Positions 31,721-41,769 of a stretch of 64,000 nt of DNA are shown in pieces. The notes under the pieces were generated by a model, which made no database searches, was not told the DNA's origin, and saw only the letters and a program-made list of their open reading frames with translations. This DNA comes from an uncultured Verrucomicrobiae bacterium (GTDB taxonomy: Bacteria > Verrucomicrobiota > Verrucomicrobiia > Chthoniobacterales > UBA10450). Numbering within the stretch: position 1 is the first letter of the stretch; the number at the start of each line of letters is the position of its first letter. The DNA is taken from NCBI GenBank assembly GCA_963801815.1, contig CAWDGJ010000009.1, positions 1 through 64,000 of the forward strand, in the 5' to 3' direction. The position numbers were made by a program, and so were the translations under genes.

Positions 31721-33229
31721 GTGAAGCGGTTGGCGAAGACCAGTGCGGCCTTTCTCGCACTGGTCTTATTCGGCGGCTGCGCTTCGCTAAGATCGACATC
31801 GTCGAATCGCCTCGCTCAACCGATTGCGCATGCGGACGCGGCCTATCAAAATTTGAACGCCGATCACGTGTTGACGTACAACAAGGCCGTCGAATCGCTT
31901 GCGCGAGAGATTGACGGTGAAACGCCGGAACGGTTGCGCAGCGAGCTTGCTTCGGTCGGCGTGAAACTGGACCAGCAGAAGACCCGACTGCCACTGACCC
32001 GTTTTCATCTCGCGCCTCGATCGTCGATGCCTAACGAATCGAGAAGCATTGGTGTTCCGATGTTGCTTGATTACGATACGACTAGTGCGCCTCTTTATCC
32101 GCGTGATGGACTGATCACTTCGGCGACTGCGGTTTACCGGCGCATCGGTGGCAGGCCGCACTTTTCCCTGCTTACCGCCAAGAATATTGAGCTCAATGGG
32201 TCGACGTATCCGCTCAAGACCGACAATGTCTCGCCAATTACGGAGATGGCGCGTCGTGGCCGACACGTCGCACGCGCTGGCTTTCATAACATGCTCCAAC
32301 CCGGAGCCATGCCAAACGGACCGGGAATTTATCTGACCGAACCTTACGACCCTAAAAAGATAGTGCTCTTAATAGTACCGGGACTGCAATCAACGCCGTT
32401 CGCATTTGTCGATCTAATGAAATCAATCCGCTTAGATGCGGAAGTGCGCGAGCATGTCCAGGTCTGGACATTCCTGTATGCCACGGGCACACCGGTGCTG
32501 TTCAATGCGCTCGAGCTGCGGCAGCAACTCGGAAAGACCATCACAATGCTCGATCCGCATGATCACGACTTCGCGACCAGCCACATCATCGTGCTGGGCC
32601 ACAGCATGGGGGGATTGATGGCCCACACCCTTGTTAGCTCGAGTGGGGAAAAATTATGGACGGCGTTGTTCGCAGTGCCTCCGCAACAGTTGAGAGGCGA
32701 CAAGGCAACGATCCGCCAACTCGTCGATGGATTGCATTTTCATTCCAACCCGCGGGTAATTGGCGCGATTTTCGCAGCGACTCCACACCGCGGCAGTAAT
32801 CTGGCCGAGAGCTGGATCGGCCGCTTCGCCGCCTCGCTCATTCATGTACCATCGGATCTGCAATCCGATTTCATGAAGGTAACGTCAGAGAACCCCAACG
32901 CTGCGACGCCGGCAGCCAAGATATTCCATCGCGAAATGAATTTCTCCTCGGTGCACACTTTGTCGCCCCATGATCCGGCGTTACAAGCGTTAGCTGAGCT
33001 CCCGGTCGAAGTGCCGTTTCACAGTGTGCTTGGACAACGTAGCCCCGGTCCGGTTGAAACGAGCAGCGACGGCGTCGTTCCGTATTCAAGCGGTCATCTG
33101 GACCACGCCGCCAGCGAGTTAGTCGTACGCAGCGGACACGGCGTCTGTGAAAATCCCGATGCGCAACGCGAAGTGATACGGATTCTTCGGCTCGAACTTC
33201 ACAATCATTCGCACCTAGCCAGACAATGA
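31721..33229 (+). CDS. Lipoprotein alpha/beta hydrolase (lipase-like)
   Basis: FGGC lipobox, GHSMGG, ATPHRGS and DGVVPYSS. Confidence 0.8.
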   Translation: MKRLAKTSAAFLALVLFGGCASLRSTSSNRLAQPIAHADAAYQNLNADHVLTYNKAVESLAREIDGETPERLRSELASVGVKLDQQKTRLPLTRFHLAPRSSMPNESRSIGVPMLLDYDTTSAPLYPRDGLITSATAVYRRIGGRPHFSLLTAKNIELNGSTYPLKTDNVSPITEMARRGRHVARAGFHNMLQPGAMPNGPGIYLTEPYDPKKIVLLIVPGLQSTPFAFVDLMKSIRLDAEVREHVQVWTFLYATGTPVLFNALELRQQLGKTITMLDPHDHDFATSHIIVLGHSMGGLMAHTLVSSSGEKLWTALFAVPPQQLRGDKATIRQLVDGLHFHSNPRVIGAIFAATPHRGSNLAESWIGRFAASLIHVPSDLQSDFMKVTSENPNAATPAAKIFHREMNFSSVHTLSPHDPALQALAELPVEVPFHSVLGQRSPGPVETSSDGVVPYSSGHLDHAASELVVRSGHGVCENPDAQREVIRILRLELHNHSHLARQ

Positions 33230-33317
33230 ACTGCATTCCTCAACCATGCCCGGCGCCTATGCCGAGGCGAGAAACAGAGTCTTTCAGAACGGCACAGCCC
33301 AACTCGAAGCTATTACC

Positions 33318-33767
33318 ATGGACACGATAATCGTTACTGCACTAACTGGTCTTGCCGGTTCACTCTTGGGTGGGTCAGCCAGTGTCGCGACCGCTTGGGT
33401 CACGCAAAGAACATCTAACAAGCGCAAAAAATTCCATGCCGAGTTTACCAGGCGGGAAGCGCTTTACGGTCAATTTATTAATGAATGCTCAGTTCACGCG
33501 CTGCATTCGTATGAGCAAAGCCTGGATAAAAGCGAGAAGCTCTTGTCGATCTACGCTCTACTCAACCGCATCAGACTGTGCGCGTCCGCCGGAGTCTTAA
33601 ATGCGGCTGAACGCGCATTGGGCGCAATCAGCGAACAATATTTCAAACCGAACCTTTCTTCCGACGAGGTCCGCGCGTTGATTCGTGAGGGAGCCAAGGC
33701 CGATCCGCTAAAAACATTCGCCGAAGCTTCTCGAGCTGAACTCAAGCTCATGCATTCAGCGTTGTAG
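33318..33767 (+). CDS. Hypothetical protein with N-terminal membrane anchor
   Basis: MDTIIVTALTGLAGSLLGG followed by a helical domain. Confidence 0.65.
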   Translation: MDTIIVTALTGLAGSLLGGSASVATAWVTQRTSNKRKKFHAEFTRREALYGQFINECSVHALHSYEQSLDKSEKLLSIYALLNRIRLCASAGVLNAAERALGAISEQYFKPNLSSDEVRALIREGAKADPLKTFAEASRAELKLMHSAL

Positions 33768-33792
33768 GGGATCGGAGGGCTGGCCAACTTGG

Positions 33793-33840
33793 TGCCAGCA
33801 ATCATCTCTGACGTAAGCCACAGATGGTCAGCATGTTAAC
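33793..33840 (-). repeat. Short arm adjacent to the intact tRNA (attL-like)
   Basis: TGCCAGCA-N12-GTAA...TTAAC, with TGCCAGCA 40 bp from the core at 33841. Confidence 0.85.
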
Positions 33841-33841
33841 G

Positions 33842-33913
33842 CTCCAGAGGTAGGATTCGAACCTACGACCAATCGGTTAACAGCCGACCGCTCTACCACT
33901 GAGCTACTCTGGA
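33842..33913 (-). tRNA. tRNA-Asn(GTT), full CCA not encoded
   Basis: Reverse complement TCCAGAGTAGCTCAGTGGTAGAGCGGTCGGCTGTTAACCGATTGGTCGTAGGTTCGAATCCTACCTCTGGAG folds as a cloverleaf. Confidence 0.97.
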
Positions 33914-33978
33914 ATTGATTTTACGCTCGAATGAGCGGCGTTGAACTTTGCGCACACCGCACGGTGCGGCAAGTAAAT

Positions 33979-34009
33979 TGGTTGCGGGGGCAGCCCCGCC
34001 TTGGCGGGG
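33979..34009 (-). repeat. tRNA-fMet 3' fragment plus CCCCGCC-TT-GGCGGGG hairpin
   Basis: TGGTTGCGGGGGC matches 34613-34625; hairpin at 33994-34009. Confidence 0.85.
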
Positions 34010-34016
34010 AGCGTCC

Positions 34017-34277
34017 CTAAAACTTCCGCAACCCAGTAAGTTGATAAAAACCATTGCCGCCCTTCTGGTGCTTTAAATCCAGTTCAAGACGCCGCGCTTT
34101 ATTCAGCTCAAGCGGATCACTTTGCCAGATCAATTCCCACGGTCCCCTTCGTCGTGTCGAAAGCGTGAATCCTGAATTATGCTGTTGAATACGGAGGGGC
34201 ACGTTTTCAGTGAAGCCGATGTAACGGCGTTCCTTCGTATTCTGAATAACGTACACGCGATAGAGCATCGACGACAC
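34017..34277 (-). CDS. Small GIY-YIG nuclease
   Basis: YRVYVIQN...YIGFTEN..LRIQQHNSG. Confidence 0.88.
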   Translation of the reverse strand: MSSMLYRVYVIQNTKERRYIGFTENVPLRIQQHNSGFTLSTRRRGPWELIWQSDPLELNKARRLELDLKHQKGGNGFYQLTGLRKF

Positions 34278-34288
34278 GGGAGGGGAAT

Positions 34289-34343
34289 TGGTTGCGGGGG
34301 CTGGATTTGAACCAGCGATCCGGCAGCTGCCGGATTATGAGCC
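34289..34343 (-). repeat. tRNA-fMet 3'-half copy interrupted by an 18-bp palindrome
   Basis: Matches the tRNA from anticodon loop to CCA except that ATCCGGCAGCTGCCGGAT (34318-34335) replaces the 3' anticodon stem and variable loop. Confidence 0.9.
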
Positions 34344-34601
34344 GACTCGCGGTAGACCCGTGATTGAATAAAAGCCTTTCCCTCGTCCTTGTCGCTTTAA
34401 TCGATTCTCCAAGCGTCGAGCCTCCCTTAGCAAAAGCTCTTCACTTCGCCAAACGATTCGCCAAGAACCGCGATATTTTGTCCAACGTGACTCACCTGCA
34501 TTGTGCTGTGCCAGTCTCCGCGCCACATTGTCACTCAAACCGATGTAAAATCGACCGGGCTGATTCTGAATAATATATACGCGATAAAGCGTCGACGACA
34601 C
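34335..34601 (-). CDS. Small GIY-YIG nuclease
   Basis: YRVYIIQN...FYIGLSDN..RRLAQHNAG; GTG start by analogy with the paralog. Confidence 0.88.
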   Translation of the reverse strand: MSSTLYRVYIIQNQPGRFYIGLSDNVARRLAQHNAGESRWTKYRGSWRIVWRSEELLLREARRLENRLKRQGRGKGFYSITGLPRVGS

Positions 34602-34612
34602 GGGAGGGGAAT

Positions 34613-34689
<77 letters not shown>

Positions 34690-34964
34690 GAACTAGAATA
34701 GCGATGATGTATATCCGGCGCAAACTCAAACCCTTGGGAACCAACGAAAATCCCGCCGATTTCGCCCCTGAGTAAAATTCGAACCCGCTCGGAAGTAACT
34801 GTTTGTGTTTTGACCAATCCAAGGCGATGATATGCGCTTATTGGATTACTCTGTTTAACTCCACTGCACGGTAGATCGTCAGGTGAGCGTCGCTCATTGA
34901 TGGTTTGAAACCCGATTCCCGGGAACGGCTCTGTAGCCCTTAGTTTTTCCAAAATTCAAACACA

Positions 34965-35261
34965 ATGAAAATGTACGTAGGTAATCTCTCTTTTGAGACC
35001 ACCGAGAACGACCTCCAGGATCTGTTCGAACAACACGGCACCGTCAACGAAGTCCATCTCATGATGGATCGTATGACTGGCAAATCGCGCGGCTTCGCGT
35101 TCGTCACTATGAACGATGACGAGCAGGCGAAGGCCGCGATGACCGCGACGAACGGCAAGGAGCTTAACGGTCGCGCTTTAAATGTTAACGAAGCGCGTCC
35201 GCGTGAAGATCGGCCGCGGTCGAACGGCGCACGACGTAATTTCTCGGGCTTTCGGCGATAG
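34965..35261 (+). CDS. RRM (RNP-1) RNA-binding protein
   Basis: MYVGNLSF and SRGFAFVTM. Confidence 0.93.
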   Translation: MKMYVGNLSFETTENDLQDLFEQHGTVNEVHLMMDRMTGKSRGFAFVTMNDDEQAKAAMTATNGKELNGRALNVNEARPREDRPRSNGARRNFSGFRR

Positions 35262-35349
35262 CAGGGCCAACAGGATTTATTGGATGGTAAAAACCATCGG
35301 CCCGGCTCCGTAAGAATCGGGTCAATCCTGTCTAGTTCGTCTAGATCTT

Positions 35350-35568
35350 ATGATGAATTCCGAAAAAGCGATTCAGATCGAAGGCACTATTATGACTGTG
35401 CTGCCCGGAACGATGTTCCGGGTGGCGCTGGCGAACAAGAATCTGGTGCTCGCGCATATCTCCGGTAAAATGCGCAAGCGTTTCATTCGCCTAACGATCG
35501 GGGATCGAGTAAAAATGGAAATGTCACCCTACGACACCGCCAAGGCGCGGATCGTGTATCGGCTTTAA
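35350..35568 (+). CDS. infA: Translation initiation factor IF-1
   Basis: [10 protein letters not shown]...[19 protein letters not shown]. Confidence 0.93.
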   Translation: MMNSEKAIQIEGTIMTVLPGTMFRVALANKNLVLAHISGKMRKRFIRLTIGDRVKMEMSPYDTAKARIVYRL

Positions 35569-35569
35569 A

Positions 35570-35806
35570 ATGGCAAAGCGATTTTATTTCGAACCGCCGC
35601 AACGGCGATCAAAACCGAAGCTCGGCATGAAAAGCCTGCTGGTGCGTTGTCCTTCGACATCGCGGCTCACCGACACCGGTCGCACTGTTGAAGAGAAATC
35701 CTGGCCCGCCGCAAAGATGAAGCCACAAAAATTTACCTGCGCGCACTGCGGCGCCGTCCATAGCTGGACGAAGGATGACGTTGTCCTGGGAAGACCGATC
35801 GATTAG
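35570..35806 (+). CDS. Small basic protein with possible zinc ribbon
   Basis: VRCP...CAHCGAVH. Confidence 0.6.
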   Translation: MAKRFYFEPPQRRSKPKLGMKSLLVRCPSTSRLTDTGRTVEEKSWPAAKMKPQKFTCAHCGAVHSWTKDDVVLGRPID

Positions 35807-35984
35807 CTGACTTAGCGAGAGCCCGCTTTATTACAGGCGGCGTAAGCTGATTCACTGCGGTTGATAACGTCGCCGGCCAAGCGGCCGCCAACCAACAACC
35901 GTCACCACGCCTTTCGTGACGATTGCCACAGGCAATTGCCCGAAGTCGCGTGATTTCTATTTTCGAGCCAATTTGTAAGTCGCA

Positions 35985-36905
35985 ATGGCCGTTAAAATTC
36001 TCATTGGAACGGCAAGCTGGTCCGATCCAGGATTTGTTGAGCGTTGGTATCCAAAAAAAATGCCGGCGCATGAACGCCTGGCCTGGTACGCGCAGCATTT
36101 CGAAATGGTCGAGGTCAATTCGACCTTCTACTCGGTGCCGGATGCGCGAACGGTGGAGCGCTGGTGCACTGCCACTCCGAATGGATTCACGTTCGATGTG
36201 AAACTGCATCAGCTTTTCTCGTTTCATTCGACTCAGGCTAAACTTCTACCGCGCGAGTTGCAGAGCGTCGCGGAGACCGATTCGAAAGGGAAAGTGAATG
36301 TTTCTCCCGCACTGCGCGACGAGATGCTCGAGTTTTTTCTTCGACCGATGTCGATCCTGCGCTCCTCGGGCAAGCTCGGCGTTCTTTTGTTGCAGCTTTC
36401 ACCGGCATTCTCGCCGCGAAAACATGAGCTCGCCGAGCTCGAGCCAGTGACGGAGAGACTGGCCAAATTCTCGCTGGCGATTGAATTCCGAAATCGCGAC
36501 TGGGTTGTTGGCGATCAACTAAAATCGACAATGGGTTTCTTGCGCGAGCGTAACGTGACATTTGTGAACGTCGATACACCAGGCGCGGATCACTTCTCGA
36601 TTATTCCGCCCGAGTTGAATGAGATCACCAATCCGAAAGTCAGCTATCTGCGACTTCACGGACGGAACGCTAAGGCGTACCTGACCGGTAAGACTATCGC
36701 CTCGCGATTCGATTACGATTATTCGGAAGACGAAATCAACGAAGTCGCGGAGCGAAGCCGCGAACTTGCACGGGGAGCGAAGGAATTACACGTGGTGTTC
36801 AATAACAACAACCTCGACTACGCTCCGCGGGCCGCGATTCGGCTGCGAAAAGCACTGGGCCAAAAGGTGGCTGCGCCATTGGCGCAGACACCGGAATTAT
36901 TTTAG
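35985..36905 (+). CDS. DUF72 protein
   Basis: IGTASWS, VEVNSTFY and YLRLHGRN. Confidence 0.88.
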   Translation: MAVKILIGTASWSDPGFVERWYPKKMPAHERLAWYAQHFEMVEVNSTFYSVPDARTVERWCTATPNGFTFDVKLHQLFSFHSTQAKLLPRELQSVAETDSKGKVNVSPALRDEMLEFFLRPMSILRSSGKLGVLLLQLSPAFSPRKHELAELEPVTERLAKFSLAIEFRNRDWVVGDQLKSTMGFLRERNVTFVNVDTPGADHFSIIPPELNEITNPKVSYLRLHGRNAKAYLTGKTIASRFDYDYSEDEINEVAERSRELARGAKELHVVFNNNNLDYAPRAAIRLRKALGQKVAAPLAQTPELF

Positions 36906-36918
36906 GTTAGACTCGCGC

Positions 36919-37443
36919 GTGGCCGAGTCATCAACAGTTCACCAGGCGAGCGCGGGACCACCTTTGCCCACGTGGCTGGAACGAAAGAAAAAATGGTTGG
37001 CCGACCATCACATGACGCTGGTAACGATAGCCGACACCCCGCATTCCATTGCGCTCGGATCGGCGATTGGAATCTTTTTTGGATTTACGCCGTTGTGGAG
37101 CCTTAAGACATTACTTTCGATCGTGGTGGCCTGGGTCTGTCGATGTAACAAAATCGCCGCCGCGATTGCAGTCACCCTGCACGACGTCCTGATTTTCGTG
37201 ATGCCGGCGGTTTATTTTGCCGAATACAAACTTGGCCTCTGGACCCTCCACCGGCCCGTGCCGATGCACCGAATTCGATTTCACTTTGGATTGCACGATT
37301 ACCTGAACGGGGCGGTGTTCTCGCGCCTTGTCTGGCCGGCGCTTATCGGCTCTTTGTTCCTGGCGATTCCATCCGCAGTCATCGTCTATTTCGTGATGCG
37401 ACTGCTGATTAGTCGGGCGAGATCACCTCAGTCGACGACCTAG
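36919..37443 (+). CDS. DUF2062 membrane protein
   Basis: DTPHSIALGSAIGIFFGFTP. Confidence 0.75.
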   Translation: MAESSTVHQASAGPPLPTWLERKKKWLADHHMTLVTIADTPHSIALGSAIGIFFGFTPLWSLKTLLSIVVAWVCRCNKIAAAIAVTLHDVLIFVMPAVYFAEYKLGLWTLHRPVPMHRIRFHFGLHDYLNGAVFSRLVWPALIGSLFLAIPSAVIVYFVMRLLISRARSPQSTT

Positions 37444-37563
37444 CGCCAAGACCTGCACCGTCGCTGGTTTTTCTGCGTCGAACGGCATGAGAGTTGCATC
37501 ACTTAGCGCGAAAACGGCTGCCTTGTGCCTTGAATTAAGGCCCGTGCGCCAGCCCTAAATGAT

Positions 37564-38250
37564 ATGAAATCTCTCATCGCTATCGCTTCCAGCATCGTCC
37601 TTTGTTCATGTGCGGACATGTATGTCACCCAAACTCAGGTGTCCACGCCCGGTGGTCACAGCGTGGCAGCCATCGATGCCAAGGACTACGGCTCCAAAGG
37701 GGTCCATATGATCACCAACTGCGGGGTCGGCGCCGCCAATCCGCATGCGATCTATATTAGACCGTTCTGCGTGGACACAGCTGTGTTCGAAGGCGACGAA
37801 GCGTTAAGCGATGGTGAAATGCCGATTCGCAAAGCGCTTGCTCCAGTGGAGTTTGCCAATGATTTGAAGGAGCAAATGGAAAAAATTGCGCCCGCCAGGA
37901 TCCTGAAAGACAGCGAATCGCCGCGGACCGGCTGGCTGGTTACCGGCCAGTTTACCCTGATTAACGGCGGGGATCCTTATGCCCGGTTCTTTCTCGGTAC
38001 ATTTGGAGCAGGCCAATCCGTTCTGATTCTCCACGTCCGAGTAACCGATATCGACCGGGGCAGGGTTGTGTATGAATTCGACATGGCCGGTGGAAGCCGA
38101 TTCCAAGGGCGTCACGGGACAGTTCGGGCGAGTGGACTTGGCCGAGCAACCCACTTCGACATGGTCAACGCCGCCGAGCGGATTTACATCACGCTGAGCG
38201 CGAATCCATATCGTTACGGCGAACGGGCCAACATCAGCCTGCCTGAATAA
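37564..38250 (+). CDS. Lipoprotein, DUF4410-like
   Basis: LCSC lipobox; RFFLGTFGAG. Confidence 0.6.
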   Translation: MKSLIAIASSIVLCSCADMYVTQTQVSTPGGHSVAAIDAKDYGSKGVHMITNCGVGAANPHAIYIRPFCVDTAVFEGDEALSDGEMPIRKALAPVEFANDLKEQMEKIAPARILKDSESPRTGWLVTGQFTLINGGDPYARFFLGTFGAGQSVLILHVRVTDIDRGRVVYEFDMAGGSRFQGRHGTVRASGLGRATHFDMVNAAERIYITLSANPYRYGERANISLPE

Positions 38251-38275
38251 TTGCGCGATCTTTCGCGTCTGGTGG

Positions 38276-39265
38276 TTGCGAACCAAGCAGCGGCGATTAC
38301 CGTCCTGCCGTTCGAAATCCAAGCCTGTGAGTTTTCCGCGCCGCTTCATCGTTGTCATCGCTGCGTTTTCATTGTTCGCGGGAACCACGCGTTCTGCGGT
38401 TGCAGCTCAAGCCTATATCATCGCCGACGCGCAAACCGGCTACGTTCTTCAGGAATCCAAGTCTAAAGATAAACGACAGATCGGGAGCTTAACCAAGATC
38501 GCGACCGCGATGGTCGTGCTCGATTGGGCGGAGCACAAAGGCGGAGACCTGAATCAGTTCGTCAGCATCCCGCAGTCCGCTTTTGTCGGCACGCTTGAAA
38601 ACAACATTGGTTTTCGACCGGGCGACGATATCGCGCTGCGGGACCTGCTCTACGCCGCACTCGTTCAGTCTGATAACGTCGCGGCTTACACGTTGGGCAG
38701 CTTCGTTGGATCACAGATTCAGGGACCAACTCCGAAGCTGTCGTCGATCGACATTTTTGTCACCCAGATGAACGCGCTGGCGAGACAATTGGCGATGGAA
38801 AAGACGCGATTTGTGAATCCGCACGGCGTCGACACAAACGTCAAGCCGTTACCGTACTCGAGCGCCGAAGATGTCGCGCGACTCACTCGTTACGCACTGA
38901 ACAAAGCGAGTTTTCGGTTTTACGTTTCCCAAAAAGAGCGCCAGATCTCGTGGCGCCGCGACGGCAAAGAACAGGGTTACTTGTTGCGCAACACGAACGA
39001 ACTTCTCGGCACGAATGGAATCGACGGCGTGAAAACCGGCCAGACCGCGCGCGCAGGACAGTGCCTGGTTCTTTCGTCGGTTCGTGAATCTCAGGTTGTC
39101 CAGGAAGGGCAGGGCACTCGAATCTTTCCGCGACGAATTATCGTTGTCTTGCTTGGCAGCAGCAGCCGATTTGCTGAAGGCGGCCAACTGGTCGCCCAGG
39201 GCTGGCAGCTCTACGATCAATGGGCTGCAACGGGTCGCCTTGTGGATCCGAAGAAAATGCTTTGA
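38276..39265 (+). CDS. D-Ala-D-Ala carboxypeptidase (peptidase S11)
   Basis: SLTK, SDN and KTG motifs. Confidence 0.88.
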   Translation: MRTKQRRLPSCRSKSKPVSFPRRFIVVIAAFSLFAGTTRSAVAAQAYIIADAQTGYVLQESKSKDKRQIGSLTKIATAMVVLDWAEHKGGDLNQFVSIPQSAFVGTLENNIGFRPGDDIALRDLLYAALVQSDNVAAYTLGSFVGSQIQGPTPKLSSIDIFVTQMNALARQLAMEKTRFVNPHGVDTNVKPLPYSSAEDVARLTRYALNKASFRFYVSQKERQISWRRDGKEQGYLLRNTNELLGTNGIDGVKTGQTARAGQCLVLSSVRESQVVQEGQGTRIFPRRIIVVLLGSSSRFAEGGQLVAQGWQLYDQWAATGRLVDPKKML

Positions 39266-39277
39266 TTAGTCTTCGTT

Positions 39278-40357
39278 ATGAAGACCCGGATTGGCATTCT
39301 CACCAGCGGCGGGGATTGTCCGGGACTGAACGCGGTGCTTCGCGGCGTCGTGCTCGCTGCGGATAAACTCGGCTGGGAGGTAATCGGATTTCGGGACGGC
39401 TTCGAAGGATTGCTGCCGCCCGGCGATCACGTAGTGCTCGATCGCAAAAGCACTGAAGGAATCATGGCCCTGGGCGGCACAATTCTTGGCACAACTAATC
39501 GCGGCCATTTCATCGCCAAGGTCGGTGCGGGTGATCGCGCAATCGTTGCCAACGAAGTAATTGCGCGCGCCAAAACCGTTTTGGACGATCTCCACGTTAA
39601 AGCGCTCATCATTGTCGGCGGCGACGGTTCGATGACAACTGCGATGCAGATGCAGGAGGCGGGGATCAATTGCATTGGCGTGCCGAAAACGATCGACAAC
39701 GATCTTGAGGCCACCGCGATGACCTTCGGATTTGATTCCGCGGTCGCCGAGGTTATGGACGCGCTCGATCGTTTGCACACCACCGCCACCAGCCACAAAC
39801 GCGTCATGGTCGTCGAAGTGATGGGGCGTCACGCGGGCTGGATCGCGCTCCACGGCGGCATTGCCGGCGGTGCCGACATCATTTTGATTCCAGAGATCCC
39901 GTTCGATTACGACAAAATCGCGGGCGCGATCAAGAAACGCGATGCAGCCGGCCGAGCTCGATTCACTCGTCGTCGTGGCGGAGGGCGCGCGACCCAAAGA
40001 CGGTCAGCAAATTAAGCGCGACATCGAAGGCGGAGAATTTCGACTCGGTGGAATTGGAGATGTGGTGGCGCGTGAAATTGCCGCACGCACCGGAAAAGAA
40101 ACGCGCGCCTGCGTTCTTGGACATTTGCAACGCGGCGGCGCCGCCGACTCCGCTCGATCGCATGCTCGGCACGCGTTTTGGCGTGAAAGCGGTCCAACTG
40201 GCGAACGAAGGACATTTCGGTTCGATGGTCAGCTACCAAAATTATCAAGTCCGCCACGTTCCGATCGCCGATGCGGTCAATCGGTCTGCGCCTGGTCCCG
40301 CCCCACGGTGAAATGGTCCAGACCGCGCGCGATGTCGATATCTCTTTTGGAGATTAG
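39278..40357 (+). CDS. pfkA: 6-phosphofructokinase, frameshifted in this read
   Basis: [21 protein letters not shown] and EVMGR; C-terminal LGHLQRGG and DRMLGTRFG lie in other frames. Confidence 0.88.
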
Positions 40358-40490
40358 GCTCCAAATCCCAATTCCCAAACCACAGGGAAACGTTTAAAGA
40401 AGAAAAGCCAAAATGTCCCTCCTTTTATCTTTTTTGAATCTTGGAGATTGGTATTTGCTTGGGTTTTGGGGTTTGGAGCCTGGGATTTGC
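40358..40490. repeat. Intergenic element with inverted short-period repeats (CCAAATCCCAA.../...TTGGAGATTGG)
   Basis: C/A-rich left arm and complementary G/T-rich right arm. Confidence 0.55.
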
Positions 40491-40504
40491 GAGCATAATT
40501 TTCG

Positions 40505-41743
40505 ATGAAAATCATCCTCGCGTACTCTGGCGGTCTCGACACCTCCGTCATTCTGCGGTGGCTCAAGGAAAACTACCGCGCCAACATTGTCGCGTTCTGC
40601 GCTGACATCGGTCAGGAGGAGGAACTTGCCGGTCTCGAAGGAGAAAGCACTCAAAACTGGTGCGTCTAAATGTGTCATCGAAGATCTACAGGAAGAATTC
40701 GCCCGCGATTTTATTTTTCCGATGTTTCAGGCGGCGGCGATCTACGAGAACCAATATTTTCTTGGAACGAGCATCGCTCGCCCGCTGATCGCGAAACGAA
40801 TGGTCGAGATCGCGCGCGCCGAAAAGGCGGACGCCATCGCCCATGGCGCAACCGGGAAGGGGAACGATCAGGTCCGCTTCGAACTGACGGCCGCAGCACT
40901 CGCGCCCGAGTTGAAAGTGATCGTGCCGTGGCGGGAAGAACGATTTCGGAAACAATTTCCTGGGCGCAAGGAAATGATTGCGTTCGCGAAGAAAAACAGG
41001 ATCCCAGTCGAGGCGAGTGCAGCGAAACCGTACTCAACGGATCGAAATCTCCTCCACATCAGTTTCGAGAGCGGGGTGCTGGAAGATCCTTGGTTCGACG
41101 CGAGTTCAAAGAAAATGCGCGAGATGTACAAATTGAGCGTCGCGCCGGAGGACGCGCCCGACGAACCGGAACACGTCGATCTTGTCTTTGAGAACGGCAA
41201 TTGCGTCAAAGTTGGAGGGACGACCTCCGTGTCGTCCAAACGACATGAGCCCATTGCAGGTCATGCAAACGTTAAACAAACTCGGCGGCAAACACGGAAT
41301 CGGCCGGGTCGATATCGTCGAGAACCGTTTCGTTGGAATGAAAGGGCGCGGCGTTTATGAAACTCCCGGCGGCGCGATTCTGCATTTCGCCCATCGCCAA
41401 ATGGAAACGCTGACCATGGACCGCGAAGTCATGCATCTTGCGCGACAGTTTGATCCCAAAGTATAGCGAACTGGTTTACAACGGTTTTTGGTTCTCGCCC
41501 GAGCGCGAAGCGCTTCAAGCGCTCGTCACCGAAACGCAACGCAACGTTACGGGCCTCGTTAGGCTCAAACTTTACAAAGGCAATATCATTGTTGCCGGCC
41601 GCAAAAGTCCGAAGAGTCTCTACGATCCCAAGATCGTTACGATGGAAGGCGAAAAATCGGGCTACAACCAAGACGACGCCACAGGCTTCATTCGACTGAA
41701 CGCGTTGCGTCTAAGGGTGCGCTCGTCGCGCGATGAGCTGTGA
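40505..41743 (+). CDS. argG: Argininosuccinate synthase, frameshifted in this read
   Basis: [41 protein letters not shown] and LKLYKG spread over several frames. Confidence 0.92.
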
Positions 41744-41769
41744 CCGTGCCTCGAAGTGACAAATGACCT

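Noticed and set aside
39278..41743. pfkA and argG as pseudogenes
   Set aside because: Several single-base frameshifts with all motifs intact, also seen in the aquaporin and the phhA 5' end; sequencing indels are more likely than decay or programmed frameshifting. Reads are needed to confirm.
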